Shown here one piece after another: positions 39,101 to 48,149 of a stretch of 64,000 nt of DNA (position 1 is its first letter; each line of letters begins with the position of its first letter). Source of the DNA: a virus. The notes beneath the pieces are model-generated. The model saw only the letters and a list, made by a program, of their open reading frames with translations. It made no database searches and was not told where the DNA came from. A program made the translations under genes and the position numbers. The stretch lies in the IMG/VR virus record IMGVR_UViG_3300025009_000054, positions 78,705-142,704 of that record; one strand, written 5' to 3'.

Positions 39101-39944
39101 CGGCAGTCATGCCACCATATGCTAATAAATGCCCACCACCTGTACCTACCCCACCACCAAGTTTACTAGAGAGTTGCCCGATTGCGACACCAACATTACG
39201 CATGTCACCCAAAAATGTAGTTATTGTCTTCTGCCATGCAAGTGACATGTCTATAATCGCATCATTGAAATCACGCTTTACTGACATCTGAAAATCTTGG
39301 AATTCACGTAGTTTCTTAAATTCAGGATCATCAACTTTTACTTTTGCTTCATTAAACCTACGGACCAATACAGCAGTTTCATAGTTGTATTGACGCATTA
39401 CTGATATGAAGTCCTGTCCACTCATGGCTCTTTTACCAGTAAATACGTCTTGCATTGTAGGCATTTGCTCAATAAGTTTATTGAACTGACCCATCATTTG
39501 TGGAGCTTGATCTCTGAATACATACGCCATTTTATTCATATAGTCGTCAAGGTCTTTATTATTAAGACTTCTGACATTAAGACGTACTCCAGCCACAGAT
39601 CTGGATAGCCCGTCAAGCATAGATATGATATCTGCACGTGGTATATTCATTGATTTTGATAGACTTACGACATTAACTTTAAGTCTATCGACTTCTTGTG
39701 CACTGATATGTAGGTTTTTCGACAAATTGTAGAGGCTTACTGTATATGATAGTACGCTTGCTTGCATAGCACCAAAATTAAGCGCACTTCCCATTTCACC
39801 TGACATGCCTTTTGCAGCGTCTGATACTGCATGCATAGATGTAGCTATACCAAGAACACTATCTGCCAGTATAGCACCAGGGCTAGCACCGGCACCAGCT
39901 AAAAGAGCTGCGCCAGCTAAATTTTCTCCTATGATGTTTGCCAT
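36123..39944 (-). CDS. Tape measure protein
   Basis: 1273 aa, helical and coiled-coil, with a central Gly/Ala-rich hydrophobic segment; downstream of the tail chaperones. Confidence 0.8.
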   Translation of the reverse strand: MANIIGENLAGAALLAGAGASPGAILADSVLGIATSMHAVSDAAKGMSGEMGSALNFGAMQASVLSYTVSLYNLSKNLHISAQEVDRLKVNVVSLSKSMNIPRADIISMLDGLSRSVAGVRLNVRSLNNKDLDDYMNKMAYVFRDQAPQMMGQFNKLIEQMPTMQDVFTGKRAMSGQDFISVMRQYNYETAVLVRRFNEAKVKVDDPEFKKLREFQDFQMSVKRDFNDAIIDMSLAWQKTITTFLGDMRNVGVAIGQLSSKLGGGVGTGGGHLLAYGGMTAAGLMAARRVGMAPALSALPGLLVPGQLGVALGSMRGLFAIRNPNDPFTMFGGRLGTGMTRGESGAQFMRSMGPALLAGFATYMANSYVMQNAREKQKPSVGGAIAVGVGVGTTTALAFSFTGYWGLLIGAISGLIAGIVSFRSQTKAAGDALKEFKQGIAHKYAQLNELGSKPMPKDPQGQFEWYKSQIEKFREIERDSYSSKTNDFKARYESVKHQITEEERERISKDRPQPGFRRTQPGDFQPVPLKMVGDKDPELLKAVADRMKKTIAGADIKNYEKSFNSIQMDDKAAVAEMNKRGNRISIEGFDKSRMMVEWIQNLKTILYPTLQNQSEVASSMYDMARRGGGTFQLGMPGKGEVGEGDYKMKWAIPGGERTIGGDWKGQSDALSASVKIAKQQLALLREEAHKLSPDDVQGLMEMNTRIMHTSMNIVQLGKEIRNLEREQKMTEKVEFPRAEAQYKQWKSENAPRDWGKAFEDYGSGKGPAPWQDIVKYGKEQSAINQIERNDLQDRIKNWKEYGYSIQEVFQFKQRLLQIDREEAELKARIALVPYEMRSQKIGFEKGLLQERISTSEIFGVDIRKQIDMIDEGVSLTTRDLKNNKEKLEVMKSQVHTAAEEFALRQQIYAGEQDLIRIERQKIALRYQNNMDVERNISEFRQTQLRVMQIQHRPATEQMPILYEQIDDTNRRMHMIMNVMKEMEQNGAKGSSQWRDRVKELRGEYEGLYNQIDYVRQSWASMITEQGMQLDGGTYTMPVGASNWQMLGSGFYPYKQSRDEYGGGIGSYTSMHKGFYDKAVSMMKDNGVTDTLNDSFKYLLSGQASTANIEKNSADRFKEGVDKFRDVVGQAWGINGYVQPGNTAYSTDTANDMFGQDINNVIPTESAPIPSSVPGSQEISDNRNSGYTYNEPDVQTIITLPTPDFQEMQNIRNQGGELQMQLAPVGRQSSNTQQHMPSGSNSIDVQIGSQKVGKLTLDSEAMKAYWYQVAGGTV

Positions 39945-40024
39945 GATGGTATACCTCTCGAAGTGTAATCTATGAATATAATAGGTGTAATGTTGGGGAG
40001 TGTTTACTACTAATGTACGAAAGT

Positions 40025-40369
40025 CTAATACACACTACCTGGAGCATCAATGATTGCCTGTCCAGTCGATATTAGCCAATGGATAATAAGTAAGAATATA
40101 ATTACCAATATGATCTCAAAGAATGTCTGCGTGAGACAGCATCCACATCCACACCCAGTACCAGAATCTTCATTAGATGGATATCCATGGACGGTCTGAT
40201 TAGGCTCTTCATGATATGGGTTATGGTATTCCTTCCCATACATACCATCTGGAGGATCAATACCTGGATGATCGCGCATCCACTTGTCTACGGCTTTTTC
40301 TTGATCTCTCCTATAGCTATCTTTTAATAGTTTTGCTGGTATCAATGGCCACCACCACATAATGTACAC
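40025..40369 (-). CDS. Small membrane protein with a Cys-rich pre-TM motif
   Basis: GCGCGCC followed by TM helix FFEIILVIIFLLIIHWLI; has its own promoter (copy B). Confidence 0.65.
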   Translation of the reverse strand: MYIMWWWPLIPAKLLKDSYRRDQEKAVDKWMRDHPGIDPPDGMYGKEYHNPYHEEPNQTVHGYPSNEDSGTGCGCGCCLTQTFFEIILVIIFLLIIHWLISTGQAIIDAPGSVY

Positions 40370-40401
40370 CTCTCACGTCAAAGTGATATTCCTACCTCAA
40401 A

Positions 40402-40434
40402 AGTGTAGACGCACGAAAAGGGATAGATGGTGTC
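40402..40434 (-). promoter_or_regulatory. Putative phage-sigma promoter, copy B
   Basis: GACACC-N17-CGTCTACACT on the minus strand. Confidence 0.7.
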
Positions 40435-40461
40435 AACATGGTTTCTACAATGGCCGAGACG

Positions 40462-40505
40462 ACCGTTCCCGCCCAAAGAGGAGTGCCTCTTTTATCAAGA
40501 ACGGT
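40462..40505. terminator. Nested hairpin after the holin-like gene
   Basis: Outer ACCGTTC/GAACGGT and inner AAAGAGG/CCTCTTT stems. Confidence 0.4.
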
Positions 40506-40546
40506 TTATAAGACCCATGGGGCTTTTGGAATAACAAGAAACGCGT

Positions 40547-40951
40547 TTACGGACCAGGTTTGCCTTTAATAATATCGACAATACTACTGGATTGCTGTAT
40601 CATGTGTGTCGCCAGTTGTTGCCATGTCCAATACCACCCGCCGAATGCAAATGCTATTGTCGCGGCAACAACTGTCCAAAATTTCGAATTGAGGATTTTT
40701 ACCTGAATTTTAAGTCCTTTAATACTACCTTCGCAATCAGCAATTCTACTATCACCACTATCGGCATGCCATAATTGTTTATCGGCACGTGACATAAAAT
40801 CCTGACATTGTCCACATCTACTAAGTAATGGTCCTATACTACTACTCATATATGTAACAGTTTCAGTAAGAGCGTCGATTTTAGCACCTAAAACTGCAAT
40901 ATCAACTTTCTCAGATTGATCGTCTCTAGGTGCAGCCACGGCATCCTCCAC
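40547..40951 (-). CDS. Coiled-coil plus C-terminal TM protein (holin/XhlA-like)
   Basis: Coiled-coil N-terminus, then a single TM segment FWTVVAATIAFAFGGWYW. Confidence 0.5.
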   Translation of the reverse strand: MEDAVAAPRDDQSEKVDIAVLGAKIDALTETVTYMSSSIGPLLSRCGQCQDFMSRADKQLWHADSGDSRIADCEGSIKGLKIQVKILNSKFWTVVAATIAFAFGGWYWTWQQLATHMIQQSSSIVDIIKGKPGP

Positions 40952-41017
40952 TAATTACTATACTAACTAAGCGCCTGGTACTGAGCGGCACTCAGCAATA
41001 TAGTAGTTGGAGACGCA

Positions 41018-41518
41018 TTACGACAGCACTTTCTCATCGTATGTCTGAAGTATTTTTGCAAGGATAGCAGTAGGGAGGCTACGTCTTATATTCTTGACTG
41101 TAGATGCATCTAGCTGTTCCACTTCAAACAAGGTAACAAGCTTGAGAGGCATGTCGATTGTCCAGTCTTTGAGCAAATACTTGATCTTTGCAAATCTGAC
41201 ACTTGAAGGATCATGGTAGTATCCAAGTATGGGATTATTCACTATCGATTCCTGACTAATAAGTGCATCGAGCTCAGCGTTAGTAGCTACCATCTTAGCT
41301 TCTTCACGTGTATAATCAGACGGTACAAATTGTATATTCAGATCGTCAGTAGATTCTGTACCTTCATCTTTATTATTTGGTGTATATCGCTGCACAAACG
41401 ACTCATATTCCTCAAGAGATAGTACACTCGATCTTGTATGGTCTTCATTCACAGCAACATATATGACTATAGGAATGCGCTTATTGGTATCTACTCTATA
41501 TTTAGAAAGATTTGACAT
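41018..41518 (-). CDS. Tail assembly chaperone paralogue
   Basis: KIKYLLKDWTI matches KYKYLLRGWSI of 41797-42303; similar length. Confidence 0.6.
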   Translation of the reverse strand: MSNLSKYRVDTNKRIPIVIYVAVNEDHTRSSVLSLEEYESFVQRYTPNNKDEGTESTDDLNIQFVPSDYTREEAKMVATNAELDALISQESIVNNPILGYYHDPSSVRFAKIKYLLKDWTIDMPLKLVTLFEVEQLDASTVKNIRRSLPTAILAKILQTYDEKVLS

Positions 41519-41533
41519 GACTAAGATTCTCCT

Positions 41534-41799
41534 TTACGAAAATGGACAGCCTGACCCACTATTTGGGTTTAGCTCTCTACGTATTTGTAGTGCGAGTAAT
41601 ATGCGTTCTACTTTCTGTGGATCCATATTATGAAAGTCAGCCCAGGAGATACCCAGATCTTTCCATAGTATTCTAGCTATCTCGAACTCATACAATTCTA
41701 ATATGTCAGCACTCATATCAACGATGCCACTATTCTTGCGATTACTATAAAACCCTGCGGCATACTTCTTAAATGAGCGATGACGATCTCCTGGGCTTA
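41534..41799 (-). CDS. Frameshift extension (gpT-like) of the tail assembly chaperone
   Basis: The -1 frame is open from the slippery site (ISPGDRHRSFKKY...) into the MSADILEL...LGISWADF ORF. Confidence 0.8.
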
Positions 41800-42303
41800 T
41801 TTTTTTGGGTTTGGTTTGTCGAGATCAGAATCGCGCATACCTAGTTCCAATACCATATCAGCTTTATCAATAAACGCATCAAGTATGATGGGGTCTATAG
41901 CATGTGGACCATTTATACTATCACGCACAAATGTTAGGTCTAACTGAGTTCCTTCGGGATTAAGCTTTACATTAATCGGCGACCCATCATCCTCTGTGAT
42001 ACTCCAACCGCGCAGTAGGTATTTGTACTTATTATGCTTCCTAAGTATAGGATTAATGTAGTGGGTGCCACTAGTCCTATCAAACAATGTTGACTGCATA
42101 TCTATTTCTAGTTTTGTTTGATAGTCCCAATGTAAAAACTCAGCCCATTCAGTAACTATCTGCGATTGATCATATCCACGCGATAGTAGATCATGCTTAT
42201 GTGATTCACTACGTATAATTGATATGCCGCTTTTTGTCTGAAGAACATCTATGTTAACGCGGAATGTATCACCTTGCTTCCTATATCCCATAACATATAT
42301 CAC
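41797..42303 (-). CDS. Tail assembly chaperone (gpG-like)
   Basis: LLRGWSITEDDGSPI motif; ends in the slippery sequence AAC CCA AAA AAA TAA. Confidence 0.8.
   Translation of the reverse strand: MIYVMGYRKQGDTFRVNIDVLQTKSGISIIRSESHKHDLLSRGYDQSQIVTEWAEFLHWDYQTKLEIDMQSTLFDRTSGTHYINPILRKHNKYKYLLRGWSITEDDGSPINVKLNPEGTQLDLTFVRDSINGPHAIDPIILDAFIDKADMVLELGMRDSDLDKPNPKK
41800..41809 (-). other. Programmed -1 ribosomal frameshift site CCCAAAAAAA
   Basis: X XXY YYZ heptamer (C CCA AAA) just before the stop; frame arithmetic joins it to the ORF ending at 41534. Confidence 0.82.
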
Positions 42304-42327
42304 CTCCCATCTTGTATTGGGAGGATA

Positions 42328-43164
42328 TTATGTTAATCCATCCCAATCACCAGTAATGACGTATATTGGTCTGTAAACATAGTCACCAACAGATGTAAAA
42401 CTAAACTTCTGCGTTATTCGATTACTATGATTATCAAGATCTGTGGGATCTTCATCCCAGATAGCAGAGTGTACTCTTAACCCTATATCATCATTATCTA
42501 TTGATTCACCTAGAAGAAAGTCAATTGATTCACTACCACGTAACTCTTGTCTTTCTATAGTTGTAATCGAACCTGAAACATCCACAGCGCCAATGCCAAC
42601 ATGACTAAATGATCTATAACCATCCCACGTATGTTTATAAACATTATTACGCTTAATAGATATAGACCACTCGGAAACGTTGTCAGTAATTATATCGCAT
42701 CCAGATACTGCTGTTCTATATGATGTTACCAATTTTTGTGGGTATGTCTGACCTATATCTGTCGGATAAGTACTATATTCCCACCCTTGAGATGATACTT
42801 GTACGTCACACGATACGTATGATCCATTGCCACAATTTATATTTACTGCGTCTATATAGCAATTGTAAAATACACGAACATCTGATACATAATCTACAGT
42901 TATATCTATTGGTTCTACCGTATTGAGGACACCATTGAGTACCTGCAAAAAATCACATGAAGCATCAGTGTCGTATATGTCATATGCGGGGATACTGATG
43001 AGGCCACCAGATGTTGATGGCCCCATCGTTACTGACGAAGAATATGAGTCCGGCACCGGCCTACGACTCAAGTTATATACGTTCGATGTATTGAGGGTAC
43101 ATCGACTCCAAGCTATAGGCAGTCCGCCGAAGCATACTCTAGATTTATATATGCCATCGGCCAT
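42328..43164 (-). CDS. Tail tube-like protein, paralogue 2
   Basis: Shares VSEWSISI...VSGSIT with the upstream gene (VSGWSISL...CSGNIT), and RITQK with RITQR. Confidence 0.6.
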   Translation of the reverse strand: MADGIYKSRVCFGGLPIAWSRCTLNTSNVYNLSRRPVPDSYSSSVTMGPSTSGGLISIPAYDIYDTDASCDFLQVLNGVLNTVEPIDITVDYVSDVRVFYNCYIDAVNINCGNGSYVSCDVQVSSQGWEYSTYPTDIGQTYPQKLVTSYRTAVSGCDIITDNVSEWSISIKRNNVYKHTWDGYRSFSHVGIGAVDVSGSITTIERQELRGSESIDFLLGESIDNDDIGLRVHSAIWDEDPTDLDNHSNRITQKFSFTSVGDYVYRPIYVITGDWDGLT

Positions 43165-43182
43165 AACCTTAAACCTCCAATA

Positions 43183-44163
43183 TTACGCTGTATCTGTCCA
43201 AGTAGTAGAAGCACTGACCCTCAACAAGAATGAATCAGTAGAGCTATCTGTTTCTGGTATAAGATTATTAGCTACTTGGTATCCGAGTCTTTGCGTAATC
43301 CTAGTATTTGGCTCTGGGAGCGGCACACCATATTCACCAAACTTAACAATTGGTATGAAAATCGTACCTGGTGTACCCTTATATCCATATGTGCCACCAG
43401 AATCATCATGCCCGTAGTCGCGTATATCGTACACTGAGATTCTTATACAAGTGCCATTAGGCTTACTCTTAAAGTTACCATCAATGTATGGATTGATAAG
43501 CGTGATGTTTCCACTACACTTCTGTTGACCCATATGCAATCTCTCGCCCTGTGGATCAATTGCCGTTGCTGCTGATATGAATGTTCCCCCGATCTGATTA
43601 TCGAGGCTAATGCTCCATCCAGATACATCATCGGCAACCCAGTTTGCGTCTACAGCACTCCACACACCACTTGCCGATGTTCCGACCTCAACTAGAGTTC
43701 TCCAGAATGGAATCTGTGGCTTATCGACATATTTAGAATCGAGTGTTCCACCAGTAGAATCACCGTATGTGATTACATCTGTACTATCAACTACGCCACA
43801 TCTGATACCACAGGTAGCAGATAAACCTCCACCTGGATCCGCAGTAAGTTCAAATGTGCCTAGAGCACCGTGATACGTTTGTCTTGAAAAGCTATTATCA
43901 ATTATGATAGTCCTATTCGCTCTGCGTTCGGTTTCGGACTTGATAAATAGCTGTAGCATGTCATAGAGCATTGCACGTCCCAATATTGGGAATGTAATGT
44001 TACCCTGACGAGTGAGCCCACCTTCACTAATTCCTAAGGAAGTGGGTGACCCATTAACGTCTGGTGTAATAATATTCTGTGTCTCAGCGATAGTTTCATT
44101 AGTGTATGGATACCCAACACCATCTATCGTGACTATACCCTTGTATCCTGCTGCACCCTGCAT
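43183..44163 (-). CDS. Major tail tube protein
   Basis: Lies between tail terminator and chaperone; strong AGGAGG RBS; beta-rich, 326 aa. Confidence 0.68.
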   Translation of the reverse strand: MQGAAGYKGIVTIDGVGYPYTNETIAETQNIITPDVNGSPTSLGISEGGLTRQGNITFPILGRAMLYDMLQLFIKSETERRANRTIIIDNSFSRQTYHGALGTFELTADPGGGLSATCGIRCGVVDSTDVITYGDSTGGTLDSKYVDKPQIPFWRTLVEVGTSASGVWSAVDANWVADDVSGWSISLDNQIGGTFISAATAIDPQGERLHMGQQKCSGNITLINPYIDGNFKSKPNGTCIRISVYDIRDYGHDDSGGTYGYKGTPGTIFIPIVKFGEYGVPLPEPNTRITQRLGYQVANNLIPETDSSTDSFLLRVSASTTWTDTA

Positions 44164-44185
44164 TGGTAGTCACCTCCTGAAATCG

Positions 44186-44204
44186 TAGATGATACTATCA
44201 TCTA
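44186..44204. promoter_or_regulatory. 19-bp palindrome TAGATGATA-C-TATCATCTA in the tail tube leader
   Basis: Perfect 9-bp arms, between a CTACTAT motif (44211-44217) and the RBS. Confidence 0.5.
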
Positions 44205-44227
44205 TTACCTATAGTAGCGTGATGTAC

Positions 44228-44725
44228 TCATGGGTCATATAATGCTGTTGGTATATCAATTTTGAACGTAGCAGTCATTGACCCAGTCCTTACTCCCTTG
44301 CCCATACGCTCGGTATAATTAATACTAAGAGGCATTTGTAAGTCCCATACGGTTAGTACGGTTGTCCCAACAGTAATCTGCAGATTAATACCACGTAAAC
44401 AAAGTGTCCTAATGGCATCTATAAATACTGCAGTCATACTCTCTAGAGTTGCTGCATCATTAGATTTAGCATTTGCCTGTATTGTATACGAATGTAATTC
44501 TGCAAACACACCAGTTGATAACCTATTTTGCTGTTCTGGACCGTGTTGCATATAGATATTGGGGAAATGCGGTGCTACCTGTGGCGCAGTATATACGACG
44601 AATTCATCACTAGTATACGCAGACAAAGCGGTATTAATAAACGTATTATTGGCATCCAATTCAAGCCATGCTTTAAAAGCATCACGTATTTTGTTTTGTA
44701 TATCGGGCGGTGGTTTTAATACCAT
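44228..44725 (-). CDS. Tail terminator / completion protein
   Basis: 165 aa with FPNIYM motif, immediately upstream of the tube gene. Confidence 0.55.
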   Translation of the reverse strand: MVLKPPPDIQNKIRDAFKAWLELDANNTFINTALSAYTSDEFVVYTAPQVAPHFPNIYMQHGPEQQNRLSTGVFAELHSYTIQANAKSNDAATLESMTAVFIDAIRTLCLRGINLQITVGTTVLTVWDLQMPLSINYTERMGKGVRTGSMTATFKIDIPTALYDP

Positions 44726-44728
44726 TTA

Positions 44729-44884
44729 TTACACCTCAGATGACAACATATCATGTACTGATTCTATGAAACTGCTGAACACCTTAATAGTCAATTTCTC
44801 ATCGGAATCTAGTATTTCAGAAACATTATTGAGATCGTCTGCCTGTACTGCTATCTTGTCTAGGATTGGTCTAACGTCTGTCAT
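44729..44884 (-). CDS. Small acidic protein (51 aa); not in the ORF track
   Basis: GAGGGG RBS, MTDVRPILDKIAVQADD...; its 3' end supplies the RBS of the next gene. Confidence 0.55.
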   Translation of the reverse strand: MTDVRPILDKIAVQADDLNNVSEILDSDEKLTIKVFSSFIESVHDMLSSEV

Positions 44885-44989
44885 ATTACACCCCTCGTAA
44901 TTTCGTTATGACATGCCTAAATGCGTAACAAAACGACACTCCTATAATTGCAACTACTAAAATACCAAAGACAATTTTAATTACTAACA

Positions 44990-45457
44990 TCATTTTGCTA
45001 CCTCTCCAGAGGGGCCAGCCGATGCCTGTATTGATGGTGTTACACCATGCGATCTAGCTTTTCTACGTTGTCCATCAATCACTGACTGACCGGTTATGTA
45101 TGGCAACATTATTTTGTCAAACTCACTAGCAAGGTCTACTGCGCGTTGCGACATTGCCGGATCTATTTCACCAAATATTGAACTCAATACCATCGACCCA
45201 GCTAGAATTGCGTTAGCTCTAACAATATCATAGTGATACTCAGTAGTACCATATGTATCTGTATTCCGCGATATTGTTTTACGTAAAGGTGTGAAATACA
45301 TGTGCGATAAAACGCCATTAATCCGGCCATACGCACTCTTAACATGCTTTTCAATATCAGCATCGGCTACTTCACCTTTTGCAGGGTTAGTACCAAATAC
45401 CACTATACGCCGTAGAACATCTTTCACATCCTGACTAGTACAATATAAATCACTCAC
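44990..45457 (-). CDS. Head-tail connector/adaptor (Mu gp36-like)
   Basis: YCTSQDVK...AYGRINGVLSHMYFTPL. Confidence 0.72.
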   Translation of the reverse strand: MSDLYCTSQDVKDVLRRIVVFGTNPAKGEVADADIEKHVKSAYGRINGVLSHMYFTPLRKTISRNTDTYGTTEYHYDIVRANAILAGSMVLSSIFGEIDPAMSQRAVDLASEFDKIMLPYITGQSVIDGQRRKARSHGVTPSIQASAGPSGEVAK

Positions 45458-45484
45458 TAAATGTCACCTCCTAACGTACCAATA

Positions 45485-46639
45485 TTACGTCATAATTCCA
45501 GCGTATTGTCTCCAGTTTGTGCCAGTAACTCTACCAGGCACTCTGTACTTACCAGACGCTATGACATTAGGACTAACCAGACCTCTTCTCTTGGTTTCTT
45601 TGACCATTGCTTGAAAATCAACGTTTACCTGTGTATAAAGCGTTTGTACTAGTGGAATGGCATTGTCACCAGCCAGGATGAGCTGTGTATCCCTAAACAT
45701 TAAACCTTGTAGTATACGTCTAAGAGCTAATCTATATGCACCATATAGTATCGGAGCATCCCATGGTCCAGGTGTGGTTCCTAATGCGAAGTCCGTATAT
45801 GGTTTCTTAATATTTATCTCGTTTAATGATTGACTGATGAATTTACTAAGCGATTCATCAGTAAAGTACCTGAACGTATAATCGGCAGTAACACTACTAC
45901 CGTACGGTATACCCGACACACCAACTATGCCATTATTATAGTCAATATAATTCTTAGATGTTAAAATTATGCCATTATCGACAAAAAATTGTGGTGGTGT
46001 GTCTATACCCCAGTTTTTAAATGCAAATTTGAATAGTGAGCCACCAGTATTCATTTCAACGACACTCTCATTACTAACGTGTATGTGTTGAAATTCGAAT
46101 AAGAGGTCGTTCAATGTATCTAGTATGCCTACCATATATCTAGACACTGATAGACTATCGGATCCGAGTAAAGTATCACCATCGTACGCAGATATAGTAT
46201 AGTCGCCATCAGGAGCCGTAATCAATATCTGTCCTGAATACGATCCAAACTCGTCTGTTTCTATACTCCACGTGGACACCACAGTGGCACCCTTGAGGAG
46301 TTTTATCGAGATACTACCAATCACATATGTTCCGATAGAAATATCGACGGTGCCCCCAGATGATATATAATCCTGGTATACCTGCACTCCGTACTGGTTT
46401 ACTATTGATGCACTAAACGTTTGGGCTTTTCCACTAGATTCAAGTGGTCCGCCAGCGTTATCATATCTAGTATATATCTTGTACCAATTAGTGGGAGTAC
46501 CACTAGGATCAACGTATGACGTAACACCAGCACCTACAACATCATCGACGTCTTCATATGTGCCAAGCGAGTTGTTAGCGCGTGTTATATGATATCCATA
46601 CACACCGGACGCGGCAGTTTGTGACCACATTATATCCAT
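45485..46639 (-). CDS. Neck/adaptor protein with N-terminal FN3/Ig-like domains
   Basis: GYHITRA...TSYVD...WYKI FN3-like start; C-terminal FTDESLSKFISQSLNEIN adaptor-like helices; follows the capsid gene. Confidence 0.6.
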   Translation of the reverse strand: MDIMWSQTAASGVYGYHITRANNSLGTYEDVDDVVGAGVTSYVDPSGTPTNWYKIYTRYDNAGGPLESSGKAQTFSASIVNQYGVQVYQDYISSGGTVDISIGTYVIGSISIKLLKGATVVSTWSIETDEFGSYSGQILITAPDGDYTISAYDGDTLLGSDSLSVSRYMVGILDTLNDLLFEFQHIHVSNESVVEMNTGGSLFKFAFKNWGIDTPPQFFVDNGIILTSKNYIDYNNGIVGVSGIPYGSSVTADYTFRYFTDESLSKFISQSLNEINIKKPYTDFALGTTPGPWDAPILYGAYRLALRRILQGLMFRDTQLILAGDNAIPLVQTLYTQVNVDFQAMVKETKRRGLVSPNVIASGKYRVPGRVTGTNWRQYAGIMT

Positions 46640-46691
46640 GATATCACCACCTATTCAGTATCACAAACATAGTAGTATCTAAACATAACAA

Positions 46692-46717
46692 AGGGGAAGG
46701 CATTTCTACCTTCCCCT
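46692..46717 (-). terminator. Intrinsic terminator after the major capsid gene
   Basis: AGGGGAAGGTA-GAAA-TGCCTTCCCCT (11-bp stem with one G-U pair, GNRA loop) followed by TTGTTATGTTT. Confidence 0.8.
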
Positions 46718-46766
46718 AAGTACCAGCCTAATAAAAGCTAGTCAATATAATAGCTAGTCGCCCAAC

Positions 46767-47690
46767 TTAGGAAAGCTGGAGGACTGATACGCCATAGTTA
46801 TTTGCGATTACAGATGCTACGTATTCGTAGAACACCCAACCGAGCAACAGGTTGTCAGGATCCTGTGCGTCCATCTGGTCCAGGTCAAGCCTGACAGCAT
46901 GTACACCAAGGAAGTCCTGCTCAGCCAAGCAGTAAACGGTCTTTGCTTCCATCTTTCGGCTCACGCGGACCTGAGCATTCCAGATGTCGCCGACGTAACC
47001 GGTCTTAATCAACTCACGCTGACTGACAGGATCAAAGTCGGTGTTAGACCATGTTCGGAATCCTCTGTAGCCATTGGCATTCATCAGAATGTTGGCAACA
47101 GGAGCATCCCACTGTTCAACTTGCGTAAATGCAGCGGCAAGCTGGGTTCTGCTCAGTGTATCACTACCGTTAGCTGTGATGGCATTTCTACCAGCAGTAG
47201 CAGTAGCGGAAGCGTACGTTGCAGTACCTTCGGTCGGTGTCAGATAGCTGTCGGTCCAGAAGATCGACTTGAGTGCGCGGAAGAACTCCACGTCCTCAGC
47301 AGCGGCCATTTCAGCGCGTGCCCTAGTCTGCTCACGATCAAGGATATTGAATCGTCTTACGGCGACTTCAAGTGCAGGGATTCGGACGTATGCAACGATC
47401 GCATAGGGAGAAGGAGTGATCCTAGTACCTTCGATCTGCTGATAAGTCGGTCCACCTCTCTTGGAGAGTACCGTAGCGTATACGTCAGGATCTTTATCAT
47501 ACCACATTGGAGCACCGGTAGGTAGTTTATCTACCCAAAGGCACTTTCTGGTAAGACCTACGTAATCCCGTCCTTTACGAATGGGTTCCATCATACTCTG
47601 ACCGATACGAGATTTACCCTGAGGGTTTCGTATCTGTCGCTCGATATAGCGATCGAGCTGCGCTCTTGACATTCTCATCTTAAGATTCAC
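46767..47690 (-). CDS. Major capsid protein (HK97 fold)
   Basis: 307 aa after the scaffold and decoration genes, followed by a terminator. IGQSMMEPIR..DYVG.TRK, RRFNILDR, AAEDVEF, ELIKTGYVGDIWNAQV resemble (from memory) Bxz1-like large-phage capsids. Confidence 0.85.
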   Translation of the reverse strand: MNLKMRMSRAQLDRYIERQIRNPQGKSRIGQSMMEPIRKGRDYVGLTRKCLWVDKLPTGAPMWYDKDPDVYATVLSKRGGPTYQQIEGTRITPSPYAIVAYVRIPALEVAVRRFNILDREQTRARAEMAAAEDVEFFRALKSIFWTDSYLTPTEGTATYASATATAGRNAITANGSDTLSRTQLAAAFTQVEQWDAPVANILMNANGYRGFRTWSNTDFDPVSQRELIKTGYVGDIWNAQVRVSRKMEAKTVYCLAEQDFLGVHAVRLDLDQMDAQDPDNLLLGWVFYEYVASVIANNYGVSVLQLS

Positions 47691-47707
47691 CTCCCCGTTC
47701 TAAATTA

Positions 47708-48121
47708 TTAGGATGCTATTAGTGTTGCTCCACCGAACCACCAGAAGTGCAACGGAACCGTCGCGCTTGGTGTATTGATGGCGATACCGACTACTCTATC
47801 ACCTGCTGCAGCGACCTTAAACTTACCAGTCGTTGCATCTATGCCCAGCGACCCGCCAAAGGTGAGTCCTGATACGATAACCTGATCGGTACTTCCTTCG
47901 AAGTCACCCATTACTACTGTTGCTAGACTACCAGCAACCGGTGTAACCTCAGTAACTGAGTCATCGAAGAATATACCAACCGCAAGTGCCGCGTCATCGC
48001 ACAGCGCAACGGTGTCACTTGCAACAATCTTAGCTGCCAGACCTGGCACGAATGCTGCAGTCGTAGTAGCTGCTAAGGATACCCTGTATCCACCCCGCAA
48101 TACTTTAAACATATTAGTCAC
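47708..48121 (-). CDS. Capsid decoration/cement protein
   Basis: Small Ala/Gly/Val-rich protein between scaffold and capsid; TGKF...VVGIA pattern. Confidence 0.7.
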   Translation of the reverse strand: MTNMFKVLRGGYRVSLAATTTAAFVPGLAAKIVASDTVALCDDAALAVGIFFDDSVTEVTPVAGSLATVVMGDFEGSTDQVIVSGLTFGGSLGIDATTGKFKVAAAGDRVVGIAINTPSATVPLHFWWFGGATLIAS

Positions 48122-48149
48122 CTCCTACTAGTAATAATAGACTGAGCCA

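Noticed and set aside
39955-39995. Possible fourth promoter copy upstream of the tape measure gene
   Set aside because: Only TACACTT matches; the CGTC core and a correctly spaced upstream box are missing.
40402-40436. Host sigma-70 promoter TTGACA...TACACT
   Set aside because: The spacing is 23 nt, and the other two copies lack TTGACA; the GRCACC-N17-CGTC reading fits all three.
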